Assembly (NCBI GenBank): GCA_951406725.2
Contig: OX597815.1
Location: forward strand, 60,078,001-60,142,000
Length of the DNA stretch: 64,000 nt
Source: Octopus vulgaris
Lineage: Eukaryota
Direction: 5' to 3'
Shown here piece by piece: positions 1-12,835 of the stretch. The position numbers and the translations under genes were made by a program. The notes under the pieces are model-generated. The model was not told where the DNA came from, searched no databases, and saw only the letters and a program-made list of their open reading frames with translations. The number at the start of each line of letters is the position of its first letter. Position 1 is the stretch's first letter.

Positions 1-960
1 AACTACCGGTCACATTAGACTGATTAAAAATTAAAGCAGAGAAAGATGTGTTTATAAATAAAATGAAAAAAATAGTAAAGTCTGAGACAAAGATAAAAAC
101 TTATGTAGCTGAGCGTAACGCGGGATAGAAATGCTATTCGATATGTGACGACGTATTGATGTACGCTCAGAGGGTTGTGATACCTGTCTCTTTACAAAAT
201 CGGATGTGAAAAGAATTTAACGTCTGACATCCATGAATCGGGAGTATGGAGGCACTTATGAGAAACTACATTTATTGGCTGAATATGGATCAGGATATTG
301 AAAAACTGGTGAAAGCTTGCAGGGGTTGTTCCCTAGCAGCGAAAGCACCATCACTAAAAATTCAGTCGCGGCCAAAGACGGACACACCTTGGTCTAGATT
401 ACATAGAGATTTTGCAGGGCCACTAAATGGTGGGTATTATCTAGTAGTCGTAGATAGTTGCACAAAATGGTCGGAAATATGTAAATGCAGAAAGCCAACC
501 TCTAAAATAGCAATAGCATTTTTGGATGAACTTTTGCACGATTTGGTATTCCAGACACTATTGTGTCTGATAACGGAACGCAGTTCACAGCAAAGGAATT
601 TAAAAACTTTTGTAAAATGCATTCAGTGGGGCATATTACCAACCCGCCATACCGTCCGAGATCCAACGGACAAGAGAATCGTCTCGTAGACACATTTAAG
701 AGAGCTATGAGGAAAACTAGAAATGAATTATTAGTGGTTACTACATTGACTCAATACTTTGCCAGGAAAGTCCAGTCAGTATTTGATAAACTACTACAGG
801 GAAGAAAACAAAAAAAATACGCAGAAACACTGAAAATAAAATGAAGTATTTCATTATAGGTGACAAAGTGTTATTTTTAAAAATATAAATATGACAAAGA
901 AATTTGCGAAGAAGGAAAAATAACTAAACGTTTAGTATGGTAAAAGGGCATACGTGGGAA
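1..960 (+). pseudogene. Decayed Ty3/Gypsy LTR-retrotransposon integrase fragment (Zn-binding + rve core)
   Basis: ORF 246..689 has MEALMRNYIYW..MDQDIEKLVKACRGC and PWSRLHRDFAGP..YYLVVVD. It frameshifts into 563..844 SDNGTQF..F.KFC...PPYRPRSNG..ENRLVDTFKRA. Upstream VVIP..LQ..KEF..HP carries stops. Confidence 0.9.
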
Positions 961-970
961 CACAAGAGAT

Positions 971-1110
971 TGTGTTCGAAGTTTTTTTGGTGTCCTGTAC
1001 CCATATATGGAAGTATATATATATGTAGATGTAGGTACGTACATATATGTATGTATATATGCATATGTTTTATTTATTAATTTGTTATATATATATATAT
1101 ATATATATAT
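971..1110 (+). repeat. Diverged copy of the terminal repeat of the 53598-54583 module
   Basis: tgtgttcg..tttttggtgtcctgtac..catatatg..atgtaga.gtaggtacgtacatatatg..atatgcatat matches 53625-53730 and 54473-54578; ends in (TA)n. Confidence 0.75.
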
Positions 1111-1310
1111 ATGAACACAATTGGAGCGTGGAAGGTGTTTGTAAGCCATTTAAGAAACACACAAAAGCCGTTCGATTCACTTCAACATTTAAGTTTAATT
1201 TGTCAAAATATTTTTTGTGTGTTTCTTAAATGACTTACAAATACCTTCCACGCTGCAATTGTTTTCGTTTCAGCACACGCTCTCAGATCAAATCAAAGTA
1301 CATCTCCGTA

Positions 1311-1315
1311 ATATA

Positions 1316-1384
<69 letters not shown>

Positions 1385-1536
1385 GTATATATATGTATAT
1401 GTATATATATGTATATATATGTATATGTATATATATGTATATGTATATATATGTATATATATATATATGTATATATATGTATATATATATATGTATATAT
1501 ATGTATATATATATGTATATATATGTATGTATATAA

Positions 1537-1568
<32 letters not shown>

Positions 1569-1744
1569 GTATATATATGTATATATATATATGTATATAT
1601 ATGTATATATATATATATATATGTATATATATGTATATATATGTATATATATATGTATATATATATGTATATATATATATGTATATATATATATATGTAT
1701 ATATATGTATATATATATATATGTATGTATATATATATATATAT

Positions 1745-1788
<44 letters not shown>
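1311..1788. repeat. Compound (TA)n/(TATG)n microsatellite followed by (GA)n
   Basis: Direct reading. Confidence 0.98.
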
Positions 1789-1794
<6 letters not shown>

Positions 1795-2090
1795 GTTTTC
1801 TAGATATACGGTGTTCGGGATAAATTTGACGATTTGTTGCGTGTCGTTATTTTCTGGAACAGCTGGATTCATTTGTAAATAGTCAACAGCGTTGCAGAGT
1901 ATGAAGATTTACATCGTAGTTGAGAAAAAGCTAGTTGACATGGAGAACTAGGAGTCATCTGAATATTGAGTTACATGTATCATGATGCCTCCTCCGAGTA
2001 TTAAAATGCCGATATCATGACTTCTGCTCAGCCTATATATATGTGTGTGTATGTGTGTGTGTGTGTATGTGTGTGTGTGTGTGTGTGTGT

Positions 2091-2337
2091 GGAAGCGCGT
2101 AGCTTAGTGGTTAGCGTGTCAGCACCATGATCGCAAGATTGTGGTTTCAATTCCTGGACCGGGTGACGCATTGTGTTCTTGAGCAAAACGCTTCGATTCA
2201 CGTTGGTCCAGTCCACTCAGCTGGCAAAAATGAGTAACGCTGCGATGGACTGGCGTCCCGTCCAGCTGGGGAACACATACGCCATAGAAACCGGGAAACC
2301 GAGCCCGTGAGCCTGGCTAGGCTTTAAAAGGGCGCAT
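2091..2337 (+). mobile_element. tRNA-derived SINE
   Basis: A-box-like tagcttagtgg and B-box-like gtttcaattcc. The body cagtccactcagctg and gcgatggactggcgtcccgtccag resembles conserved metazoan SINE central domains. Head related to 29375-29708 and 55457-55753. Confidence 0.85.
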
Positions 2338-2959
2338 TATATATATATATATATATATAGCACATTTTCTAGTTTATAATTTTTTATGAAGTTTATTTAA
2401 AAATTTGAAAGTGTAAAGTTGTGAAATCTATGATGATGGTATTCGTGTCAAAGGAAGTAATCCTCCAAACAGCAGAATACTGACATCAACAGAGATAGAT
2501 AGATATACTAGATAGATAGAGAGAGGTAGATATAGAAAGAGAGAGAGAGAGAGAGACAAAGAATTAGTCAGAAACATAGAATAATCACGAGCCAGCATGG
2601 CTCTCAGTCTAAAAATGTAACGGCCGGAAATTCAAATTAGAGCTGTTGGTCCGCAGCGGTCATATCCACTAGTTATATGTAGTTTGGTAAGGGATTTAGA
2701 AATCTTACTGCCTCTACCCCAGCCCTTCCCCAAAAACTGCAGCGAACTTATGACAGTTTGAAAAAGACTTGTAGGAAAATGTAAAACTAAAACCAACAGT
2801 GTGTGTAGTACATTTCTACAAGAATGGGCGTCCTCGTATATACATATATTCGCAGAACACCCCACAGGAAGTGGCAAGGACAAAGCCTTGATATGGTGGT
2901 ACAAGTTGCAGGGGAAGGTATTGAAAACACCCCCCACACACACACACATGTTCGTGATA

Positions 2960-3700
2960 TGGATTCAAAACCCGAACATCAAGTAATGGCATGAAAGAAA
3001 GAGTTCCAGTATGTAGACGACAATGCCATCCCTACCTCCTCCGTTGCCGACCTCCAGCATTGTTCGATTCTTGTCTCCGAAGCCTACAATTACTTTGGAA
3101 TGGAAGTGAATGCGGACAAAACGAAGATACTTCCTCATTCTGAAATACCAGAAGTTACCATCAATATAGGAGACACACTTCTGGAAACAACTCTCAATGT
3201 CTCGGCAGTACTCTCTCACAATTCGGGACATGTGAAAGTATTTCTAATAAGCCAAGCTTCGGCAGATCCTCAACATCAGATTTCAGGAATGACGCACCAA
3301 CAACGAAGTCCTCAATCACTCAATGATGCTAAGCATTGAAGCTGCCATCCGCAAGCATCATCTCAGGTTGTCAGGAAATGTCATTCGAATGGCCCCTTCA
3401 AAACTCCCGCGGACCATTCTCTACAGCGAGCTTGTTAACAGCAAACGACATCGCGGAGTCCCAAAACGCAGATTAGAAGATCTACTGAAGTCTTTCCTCC
3501 TTCAAGCCAGAATCAGCCCTAACACCTGGGAAACAGAAGCCGCTGACCGTCCATACTGGCGAAGAACAATTTATTTCCGCTGTTCCACTTTCGAGGAGAG
3601 GAGAAAGAGTGAAGAAGCAAAAAGAGGGTAACTCCAGTTTATCTCCTCCAAAAAATGCCTCTTTGATGATGAAGGGATAACAACGGGAACAAGTGAAAGA
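2960..3700 (+). mobile_element. RTE-clade LINE 3' fragment (decayed)
   Basis: 3323..3631 LRLSGNVIRMAPSKLPRTILYSEL..KRHRGVPKRR.ED.LK..L....I...TWE..A.DR..WR is the RTE C-terminal signature; upstream EVNADKTKIL. Confidence 0.85.
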
Positions 3701-3869
3701 TGTCACCGGAAGTTCTTAGCTTGAACTTCGCTTTTCAAAACATCTTCGGGTAATTGTGTAATTCGTGTCTTCCTTTCACAATAAAGTAGCCCTGTTTAGG
3801 ATGGCACTGCTTTCCTCCTATGGAGGAAACTGCGACATAAAAATTGCTTACTCGTATTCTTCCATGTTA

Positions 3870-6800
3870 ATAGGTGCAAATGACTGTGTATCCAAGCCTG
3901 TACCAGACAATTAAGCAAATCAAGAACAAAAAAACCTTTTAACTCCAGCTTGGAATGTAAGAACTCTTCAATTGAACGTTGGGTTTGCTATTCGGAATGA
4001 CCTAGTGAAATATCTTGAATCTCTCCCTGTTGGTATTAGTGAAAGACTCATTTCATTGCGTAACTGCATTGGCAAAAATAAATATGCAACTATTTTTAGC
4101 TGCTATGCTCCAACGATGATCTCAAACGAAGTAGTCAAAGAACAGTTCTACTCTGAGCTACGTAGCCAGTTGAGAGGTGTCTTCATCCATGATAAACTTC
4201 TCTTTGGTGATTTCAATGTACGCGTAGGTTGTGATACATCCATATAGCATGACGTAATAGGTAATCATGGTGTTGGCAAGGCTAACTCAAACATCCATCT
4301 GCTGCTATCGCTTCGTAGTGAGTATGGCTTCTTGATTACAAATGCTATTTTCCAACTTCTCAACCACCACAAAACTATCTGGAAGCATCCTCGATCAAAA
4401 CATTATCACCTCATTGATTACATAATTATGAGGTTTCCCATGAGGAAAGATGTCTAAGTAACACGTTCTTTCTCCATTGGGGAGTGCTGGTCTCACCATA
4501 GACTGATCCAATCAAAGGCGAATTTTACTATCCGTTGTTCTATTCGTAACAATCGCATTCGACCAATTCGAAAAGTGGATGCGATAAAGCTGAGGAACAC
4601 TGACAATTTAACCTCATTTCAGATAGCCTGTGACAACAAACTTGCTCGTATCTCAGACAACACAGATATTGAATCAGTGAGGTTTGCTTTTAAACATGCT
4701 GCATTTGAGTGATCTTGTGAAACACTTGGGTGTGTCAAGACGAAGCACCAAGATTGATTCGACTCAAATGATTCAAACATCTCTTCTCTTTTGGACAATA
4801 TGCACAAGTACCACTGTCAATGGATGTCAAATAAAAAGCAATGAGTTTTGCCACAAAACGCAACGAGTTTTAAAATGTCAGAAATATTTGCCATTCTCAA
4901 CTGAGGCAAATGAAATAGATATGGTGACAAAAGAAGGCACAAGAATTGCAGGGTGCTGCGAACAGATGTGACTCCAGGTAATTTTATCAGAATTTAAAGA
5001 GTGCTTTTGGACTTGTGTCTTATGGTTCAACTCCCATACTTTCAATTGAGTGTAATCTTCTGACAGATAAAACGGAGATCACAAAGTGCTAGGCAGAGCA
5101 TTTTTCAAATGTTCTGAATATGGACTCAATTGTTGATGAAGAACTGATCAACAGCCTACCACAAAAGCCTGTCCTTGAAGAACTGTCAGTTGCTCCATCA
5201 AATGCTGAAATAAAAAAAGGCCATAAAACAGTTCAAATGGAAAGTCATCTGGGAATGATGGCATACCAGCCGAGATATATAAATGTGGCAGCAGTCTCCA
5301 GCTGAACAAGTTATGCAAACTCTTCACCTTAATCTAGGAATCAGGATCAATCCCACAGGAGGTTAAAGATGCTTTTATTGCCCATCTTTATAAGCACAAA
5401 GGCAAAAAATGTGAATGTGACAACCATAGAGGTATCTTTCTTTTGTGTGTTTCTGGGAAAAGGCTCATGAGCACAACCGAGACCTTTTGTCACCTTTGTA
5501 GATCTAACTAAGGCTTTCGACACCGTATCTTTAGGTTATTCTTAGAAAGTTAGGTGTTCCAGAAAAGATGCTCAATGCCATCATTTCTTTCCAACAAGGA
5601 ATGATGACTTCTGTCAGATCTAACGGGGAAGTATTCGATTCATTCACATGGGACAAGACAAGGCTGTGTTCTTGCACCGCTCTTATTTAGTTTGTATTTC
5701 TCCATCATGTTGGAAACAGTCTTCGAGAGTGTTAAAGGAGTAAAGTTTGAGTACAGAACTGGTGGTGGCTTATTCAACCGACAGCGCTTCAAAGAAAACC
5801 TTAGACTTTGGTGCAAATAGTTCGAGATTTGCTCTTCGCAGACGATTGTGCACTTGTAGCATACCCTTTTGAGGACATGCAATGGATTCTAAACAACTCG
5901 CGTGCATCGAATGCTTTTGGTCTGACCATCAGCATCAAGAACCTGAGCCCATTCGTGATCAGCTTCCCCTTTTCCCCCTACTGTATATGTTGAAGGGAAA
6001 GCTTTACAAACTGTTTTCTCCTGCACCTATCTTGGTTCCATTGCATTCAGAGATGCTAAAAAAGATTAAAAAATTGAGTCCAGAATCAGGATGAATAACT
6101 CCACTTTCGGTAAGCTTTATCACAGGCTTTAAAACAGCCACGACGTATCGTTGAAGGTGAAAATCAATGTATATAAGTCAGTGATGTTGACAACATTGCT
6201 TTATGATGTTGAATCTTGGACTCCGTACCGAAAGCACATCAACCAGGTTGACGCTTTTCATATGCCATGCTTGCGTACTATCTACAACATAAAACCGAGC
6301 GACTATGTTCATAACAGTGAGGCACTAACAAAATGCAACATATCAGGTATTGAAGCCATCCTCATCAATATACAACTTAGATGATCAGGTCATCTCTTAC
6401 GTATGAGTGATATCAGAATTCCGAAACAACTTCTCTTTGGCCAATTCTCAACAGGAAGGTCAGTTGGAAGGTTACTCTTGGGCTTCAAAGACAAACTAAA
6501 AAACAATCTGAAGAGATGCAACATTCCCTTTTCTTCCCGGGAAAACAATGCAGTAGAACGCAGGACCTGGCGCCAGTGCTGCTTCTCAGTTCAAAGATTT
6601 GAGCAAAGTCGACTCCAACAATGGGACCAACTTCGTGCAAACATGAAATCATGCAGGCAAAACGCTGTTCCTTTAAATGGAAACCTTAACTGTCATTGTA
6701 GTTTTGTGGCATGCAGCAAAGCGGGCCTTGCTGTCCACTCAAGAAAATACATAGTGAATGATCGACAAGCACTCAAGCAAATTAAGTCCTCAACCTGTTC

Positions 6801-6920
6801 CATTTGCCAAAAGATTTGCAAGGCACCAGAAGGCCTCAGCGATACATTCGTGTCCATAGAACATGATTAGTACTTTATTTTGCAGAACCCTCATTTGTCG
6901 TTCACAAGAGAATTCATCAT
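3870..6920 (+). mobile_element. Near full-length, heavily decayed RTE/BovB-like LINE (APE + RT + C2H2-like tail)
   Basis: APE motifs AWNVRTL (~3947), VGFAIRN..ISERLISLR, CYAPT, GDFNVRVG. RT motifs FVDLTKAFDTV (~5495), GTRQGCVLAPLLF (~5650), LLFADDCAL (~5830). C-terminal IPKQLLFG..GR..GR...FKD.LK..LK and C..C..AGL..H. Many stops and frameshifts. Confidence 0.92.
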
Positions 6921-6921
6921 A

Positions 6922-7520
6922 GATCCACGGATAATTGTTTAATTATTAATGGTGAAACTTCGAAGTATAGATTTCACTGGTCCTTTTATATCTTTTCATA
7001 GTGTCTTGCACTTGTACATCCAACGCGCCGTTAAATTAGAATGCATGTTTCGTGGTTAGACGATTTGGAATCTACTTTAATCTTATATTTGAATATGATT
7101 TGCAGTCCTTGGACCGTTTTTTACGCATGCTGACTACTGATATAAGTTATTTTTTAATAATAATTTTTACCCTTAGTATTTATATTTTTAAACATTTTAG
7201 TTCTCGAGTAGGGTAATTCACTGCTAATTTATTCTGGCTTGACGTGCTAGTTGAATTGAACGCATGATGTATAATGGTGGAACTCGTTACGCACGTGTGT
7301 TCTTTCACGGAGATGGTATGTATTCGAGTTCTATTATTGCGTCCCCAGCGGATTCCACTGATGGTCCACGGATAATTGTTTAATTATTAATGGTGACACT
7401 TCGAAGTATGCAATTGACTGGTCTTTTTATATATTTTCATAGTGTCCTGCACGAGTACATCTAACGCGCTGTTAAATGACAACGCATTTTTCGCTGTTAG
7501 ACGATTTGGCGTCTACTTTC
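6922..7520 (+). mobile_element. Retrozyme-like module: 441-bp unit plus ~155-bp terminal direct repeat, each repeat with an HHR remnant
   Basis: 6924-7078 is repeated at 7365-7519 (diverged). HHR motifs at 6922-6973 (5' part lost) and 7352-7414. Confidence 0.7.
7352..7414 (+). ncRNA. Degenerate type I hammerhead ribozyme
   Basis: attcca-CTGATGG-tcca..tggt-GACA-cttcgaag-TA-tgcaat. The sister copy at 6922 supplies the canonical GA and GAAA. Helix III palindrome ACUUCGAAGU. Confidence 0.6.
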
Positions 7521-7539
7521 AGCATGTAATATATTGAAT

Positions 7540-8600
7540 ACATATATATATATATATATACACATACACACACATACGCACACACGCATATACTTATACA
7601 CATGCACACACACACACATACATACATACACCCATATACATACACACACACATACCTACATACTCCTATACGCACATACATACACACAGACATACACACA
7701 TACACACTCACACAAACATACACACACACATACTTACACACACACTCACCTGCACGCGCACACACATGCATGACAAACACCCATACACTCACACTCACAT
7801 ACGCACACACCAACATAAACACGCACACGCACACACACACCTACACTCCCACACACATACACACGCACCTACATACACACACGCACGCATACACACGCAT
7901 ACACACATACATTACACACGTACACACACACCTACATACACATGCATACACACACACACACAAACATGCACGGACACACCCAGACATACATACATACACC
8001 TATATACACACGCCCACACACCTACATACACACACATATACACACGCCCACACAGCTACATACACACACATACATACACACATACACGGACACACCCATA
8101 CATACTTACATACATACACCTATACACACACGCCTACACACCTACACACACACATGCACACACACACACATGTACGCACACACATATATACCCACACACA
8201 TGCACACACACACACATACGCACATACATGCACGCATGCACACGCGCACACCTACACACATACACACACACACACACACACGTACACATACACATACATA
8301 CATACACACACGCATACATACACCCATACACATACATGCATCCTACACACACATACATACACACTCACACATACATACACACACACGCACTCACTCACAC
8401 ACCTGTATGTTCGCGCACACACATGCACATACACACACTTCCCCACACCCACACGTACATACATACACACTCATACACATACACACACACATACTCACAT
8501 ACATTCATCGGACACACTGCCACCCAGACATACACACAGACACACTCACACATCCACACACACACATACGTACGCGCACACTCGCAGGCGCGCGCACACA
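7540..8600. repeat. Long degenerate (CA)n/(CATA)n microsatellite
   Basis: Direct reading; source of the spurious His/Thr-rich ORFs. Confidence 0.97.
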
Positions 8601-9289
8601 CGCGCTTGCGCCGGTTCGCGCACGCATGCGCGCCGCATGCACCTCGCCCTTGGACCCGACGAGACCTCCTGCCCGTTCCTGGGATGTCGCTTGTCGTTGG
8701 GTTTTCCCACGCCCGTCTCCGCGGGACCACTCTTCCATCTTCCCCTCCGCTGGAGTCCTTTTCCTTAACCCCCCCCCTTTTTTTTCCGTTACACACACGC
8801 GCACACATATACACACATTACTTAAACATATACATTACTCTTACACACATTCAATCTACTCGCCACTAATACTACCACGACACTGGACACACACACACAC
8901 TACTACTCAACACACGCTGGCACGCTACATACGCCCCCACCCCTTCCCCTCCCTCCCTTCCTCCTTCCTCCCTTGTCTTACTACTGACCTTTGTCTGCTA
9001 TGCTGCTGCTATGCTGACCACCGTCTCGCCCTACCTCACACGCCTACACACAGACGCACACACTAACACATACATATATTTTTTGTTTTTTTATCTCGCC
9101 TCACACACACACATACACACACGCACACGCACACACTCACACATACACACACATCTGTTGCGTTACCAACCTTGTCTCCACTCTTTTGCCTTTAAAAACC
9201 CACTTTGCTCTTGTTATCGTAAACATCCGCCTTTCACCATGTGTAACTCCTAACACCAGTCGTTTTTTTCTCTATCTCCGTTGCCCGCT

Positions 9290-9445
9290 CCGGGATCTTT
9301 CTTTCCTCTCTCTTCCTTCTTTATGTTTCCGACGAAGAGCTCCGCTCGAAACGTCATACCTCCCTGCTTCCATTTCCTGAGCGCCTATTAATAATAATAC
9401 TGTTATTGTTCCATTGTTGTTGTTTTTTTGTTTCCCGTTTGGATT

Positions 9446-9450
<5 letters not shown>
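9290..9450 (+). mobile_element. PLE-type terminal repeat fragment ending in (TA)n
   Basis: Same family as 29139-29345 (minus). Architecture parallels the pLTR at 12878 (HHR, then cctgagcgcc..taata). Confidence 0.7.
9325..9359 (+). ncRNA. Minimal hammerhead ribozyme (U4C variant)
   Basis: gttt-CCGACGA-a-gagc-tcc-gctc-GAAA-cgt-C-atac; helix III palindrome ACGU. Confidence 0.6.
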
Positions 9451-9488
<38 letters not shown>

Positions 9489-9723
9489 AGATAAGAAAAT
9501 GGAGAAATACATCTAAATCAAATATCAATTACCAGATAATACTCAATCACATACTTTATTAAACCACCACATAAGAGACTGTAGGGTTAAATATAAAAAG
9601 CAGAACAAATCAGTGTACATAAAGGCATGTACATAAAAAGTGTACATAAAAGAGTAATGTTGTAGAATATATATATAAAAGAGAATATAAATATAAGTAA
9701 ATATAAATATAAGTATAGATTAC

Positions 9724-9850
9724 ATCTTACAGCTGTTTCGGCCATGTAGATACGTATGTCTCATTTTACCAATATTAGCCTTTCATGGTAGGTCAATATA
9801 TAGATATAAATGAGACATTTACAAAAATATCATAAGGCCTCTTCGGAGAT
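9724..9850 (-). ncRNA. Type I hammerhead with ~100-nt extended helix II (U4C variant)
   Basis: Minus strand: atct-CCGAAGA-ggcc-[..atgtctcattt..atattgacct..aggctaatat..aaatgagacat..]-ggcc-GAAA-cagctg-TA-agat. Confidence 0.75.
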
Positions 9851-10164
9851 TATGTAATATAAATCAGTCTACATATATACCCACATGGGTGTGGGTGCAT
9901 ACCCATAATACAACATATACATATACATATGAGTGCATATACTCACACTCTTATACATATAAAAATATACATATACATAATGATATAAATAAATAATATA
10001 AATTAGTAAACATATATATGTGTTCCACATTCAATGTCTCAGTTTTTCGACTTAATATTGTGATAATAAACATACACAAATTAGTACCTAGATGCAAATA
10101 TACATAGTCAATAGTACATTATATTACTTTATACTAATTTCTAAAGTGTCATTAAAGTTAGCAT

Positions 10165-10238
10165 CATTATCGTTGTCAATACCATTAATGCTACCATTAT
10201 TATCGTTGTCAATACCATTAATGCTACCATTATTATCA
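10165..10238. repeat. 33-bp tandem duplication
   Basis: attatcgttgtcaataccattaatgctaccatt twice. Confidence 0.9.
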
Positions 10239-10443
10239 TCATCCATAATATTATTAATAACGCTTATCTTGTATTAGTAATTTGTGGTAAATCATTTTAC
10301 CTTTGCCCATATAATACAGTAAATGAATTGATTGCATCGCAATCATTAACATTTATGTATTAACTTTGTTGGGTACTTCACTAGCAGTATATTGGATATA
10401 TGTTATCCCATGGAGGGTTGCATTTACAACCCCTATCTCAATT

Positions 10444-10477
<34 letters not shown>

Positions 10478-10525
10478 CATGGAAAAAGCAAGCACTAAGT
10501 CCTGAGCAGACCTAATTACCCCATC

Positions 10526-10559
<34 letters not shown>

Positions 10560-10631
10560 GATGGGGTACTTAGGTCTGCTCAGGACTTTTTCTATGGGTA
10601 TGAGTAAGTATTTCACTTATATCTCACGTAT

Positions 10632-10692
10632 TTATCGCTGAAGAAGGGAAAATTCTTATGAATTAACCCCGAAATTGGGACCAATGCAGTAA
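10632..10692 (+). ncRNA. Hammerhead-like motif, copy 1 (G at cleavage position)
   Basis: ttatcg-CTGAAGA-aggg..cccc-GAAA-ttgggaccaa-TG-cagtaa; near-palindromic helix III. Confidence 0.55.
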
Positions 10693-11100
10693 TAACGGAT
10701 TTTTTAGAAATTTCTATCGGTTTGTTTCGAGACGCATAAAATATAATGGTTTTTGACAAATTTTGTCATTTTTTCGGCATATTTGGCATTAGAATTTTTC
10801 TTCTGCCCTCATTTTGTAATTTATTTATAAATTTAACCTTTAATGGTATTTTTTGATATGTTGGCCATTGATAAAATTTTTTCCCGAAAAAATTTTTTAT
10901 CCTACATTAGTTATAAATTGAATAGTGTTCACTTCCGGATTCTCTCACTTTGTGAAAGTTTCTAGTTCGAATCACACGTGTCTCGAGATGTGTCGAAGAT
11001 TTTCTATTTTGGATATATTTGGGGTACTTAGGTCTGCTCAGGACTTAGTGCTTGCTTTTTACATGGCTATGAGTAAGTATTTCACTTATATCTCACGTAT

Positions 11101-11161
11101 TTATCGCTGAAGAAGGGAAAATTCTTATGAATTAACCCCGAAATTGGGACCAATGCAGTAA
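11101..11161 (+). ncRNA. Hammerhead-like motif, copy 2
   Basis: Identical to 10632-10692, 469 nt downstream. Confidence 0.55.
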
Positions 11162-11424
11162 TAACGGATTTTTTAGAAATTTCTATCGGTTTGTTTCGAG
11201 ACGCATAAAATATAATGGTTTTTGACAAATTTTGTCATTTTTTCGGCATATTTGGCATTAGAATTTTTCTTCTGCCCTCATTTTGTAACTTATTTATAAA
11301 TTTAACCTTTAAAGGTATTTTTTGATATGCTGGCCATTGATAAAATTTATTCCCCCCCAAATTTTTTATCCTACATTAGGTATATATATATATGTATATA
11401 TATATATGTATATATATATATGTA

Positions 11425-11492
<68 letters not shown>

Positions 11493-12277
11493 CTACAATG
11501 GAGAAAGGTGCTTATTAATTAGGTATCTAACAATTACTAAAAGTACTAAAAGAAAGCAGTATTAGAAACTTGACCGTCTGGAAATATTTTTTATGAATTC
11601 ATGTTCTAAAAAATTTCCTATAATTTCGATTTTTTAAGTTTATTGAATTTTTTAACTTCAAATTTTCGCAAATTTAAATATTCATTGCATTCAATGCGTC
11701 CAATTCTTCATAAATCTAAATATTCATTGATTAACTGCGGAGTAGAATTTAATATTTAATAATAAACAATATTAAGTCATTGCAGGTAACATTTTACGCT
11801 TTTATTTGCATCAGTCTCTCATTCTCGCTCGCCTCTATTTTCATTAATGATAATTTAATAATAGCTATATAACTTTGACACAAGGCACAATTTCAAGACT
11901 ATTATCAGTTTATTAAAACTTACTGAAGCTTCGAACTCATATGACTTATTTCCTTTCCATCATTATCCAAAAATTAGTAAGTGAATTTGTTGCTATGGCT
12001 ATTGGATACGCTATAGGTATCAAGGTATCTCTATGTAATCACTGATATTTTTGGCACATTAAACGTAGTTGGACTACCTTGATGTTTCTTTAAAGAAGAG
12101 AGATTATGACTGTGATAAAATTATGAAAGCAATATTTACTAAGCAAATGAGCACTATAATAGAAGAAAATAATTAGACTTAAAATATCATAAAAATTATT
12201 AGAATTGGGAATCAAATGTGGAAATATTATCGAGCGGCTAGCAGAAAACGCCCCGGAGGGCGGTCTTTCTGCTAGTG

Positions 12278-12335
<58 letters not shown>

Positions 12336-12390
12336 TGTATGTATGTATGTATGTATGTATGTGTGTATGTATGTATGTATATATATATAT
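12278..12390. repeat. (TA)n/(TATG)n microsatellite; (ATT)n follows at 12459-12512
   Basis: Direct reading. Confidence 0.95.
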
Positions 12391-12456
12391 CGATCTCTCT
12401 ATATATATACACACATATAAGAATGAGTAAGTATTCAAAATAAATACTCATAAAGA

Positions 12457-12514
<58 letters not shown>

Positions 12515-12782
12515 AGGGTCAAATCTAAATAATTCATAATAACAATAATAATAACATTAGTTGCAGCAAAAAATATTACATTTAAACAGCTATACAATAA
12601 ATTCTTAATTATATTAGAGGGTACACAAAGCACCAGCTTGCTAAAAAGTAGAAGTAAAAACTTCCAACACAACTACTAACCTTACTGAAAAAATAGCTAA
12701 CGGACCAACTGAAATCGGGGAAACGAGTGGAATTTAGCATATTTTCCCAGCTAGGAGACCATAGAATATAGTAACAGATAAA

Positions 12783-12835
12783 GACGGATTATAATTTCAA
12801 AATCTGGCTAGAACTTTAACTCTCCTCAGCAGGTC
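12783..12835 (-). ncRNA. Degenerate hammerhead-like motif
   Basis: Minus strand: gacctg-CTGAGGA-gagtt..gattt-t-GAAA-ttataa-TC-cgtc; palindrome AUUAUAAU; helices I and II poor. Confidence 0.45.

Larger units (their letters stand above)
10476..11380 (+). mobile_element. Retrozyme/pLTR-like module: 469-bp unit, ~350-bp direct repeat, preceded by an inverted copy of its start
   Basis: 10563-10910 is repeated at 11021-11379. 10476-10530 is the reverse complement of the module start across a (TA)n spacer. HHR-like motif in both repeats; (TA)n on both flanks. Confidence 0.8.

Noticed and set aside
1217-1882. Long ORFs of YI/MY/HT/CV/II repeats here and at 7472-9066, 19345-20951, 38583-39498, 48836-49078, 55216-56526, 58565-58961
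   Set aside because: Translations of stop-free microsatellites; no protein signal.
2091-2165. tRNA-like sequences (also 17250, 18220, 25560-25633, 29640-29708)
   Set aside because: No complete cloverleaf; each continues into a repeated SINE body.
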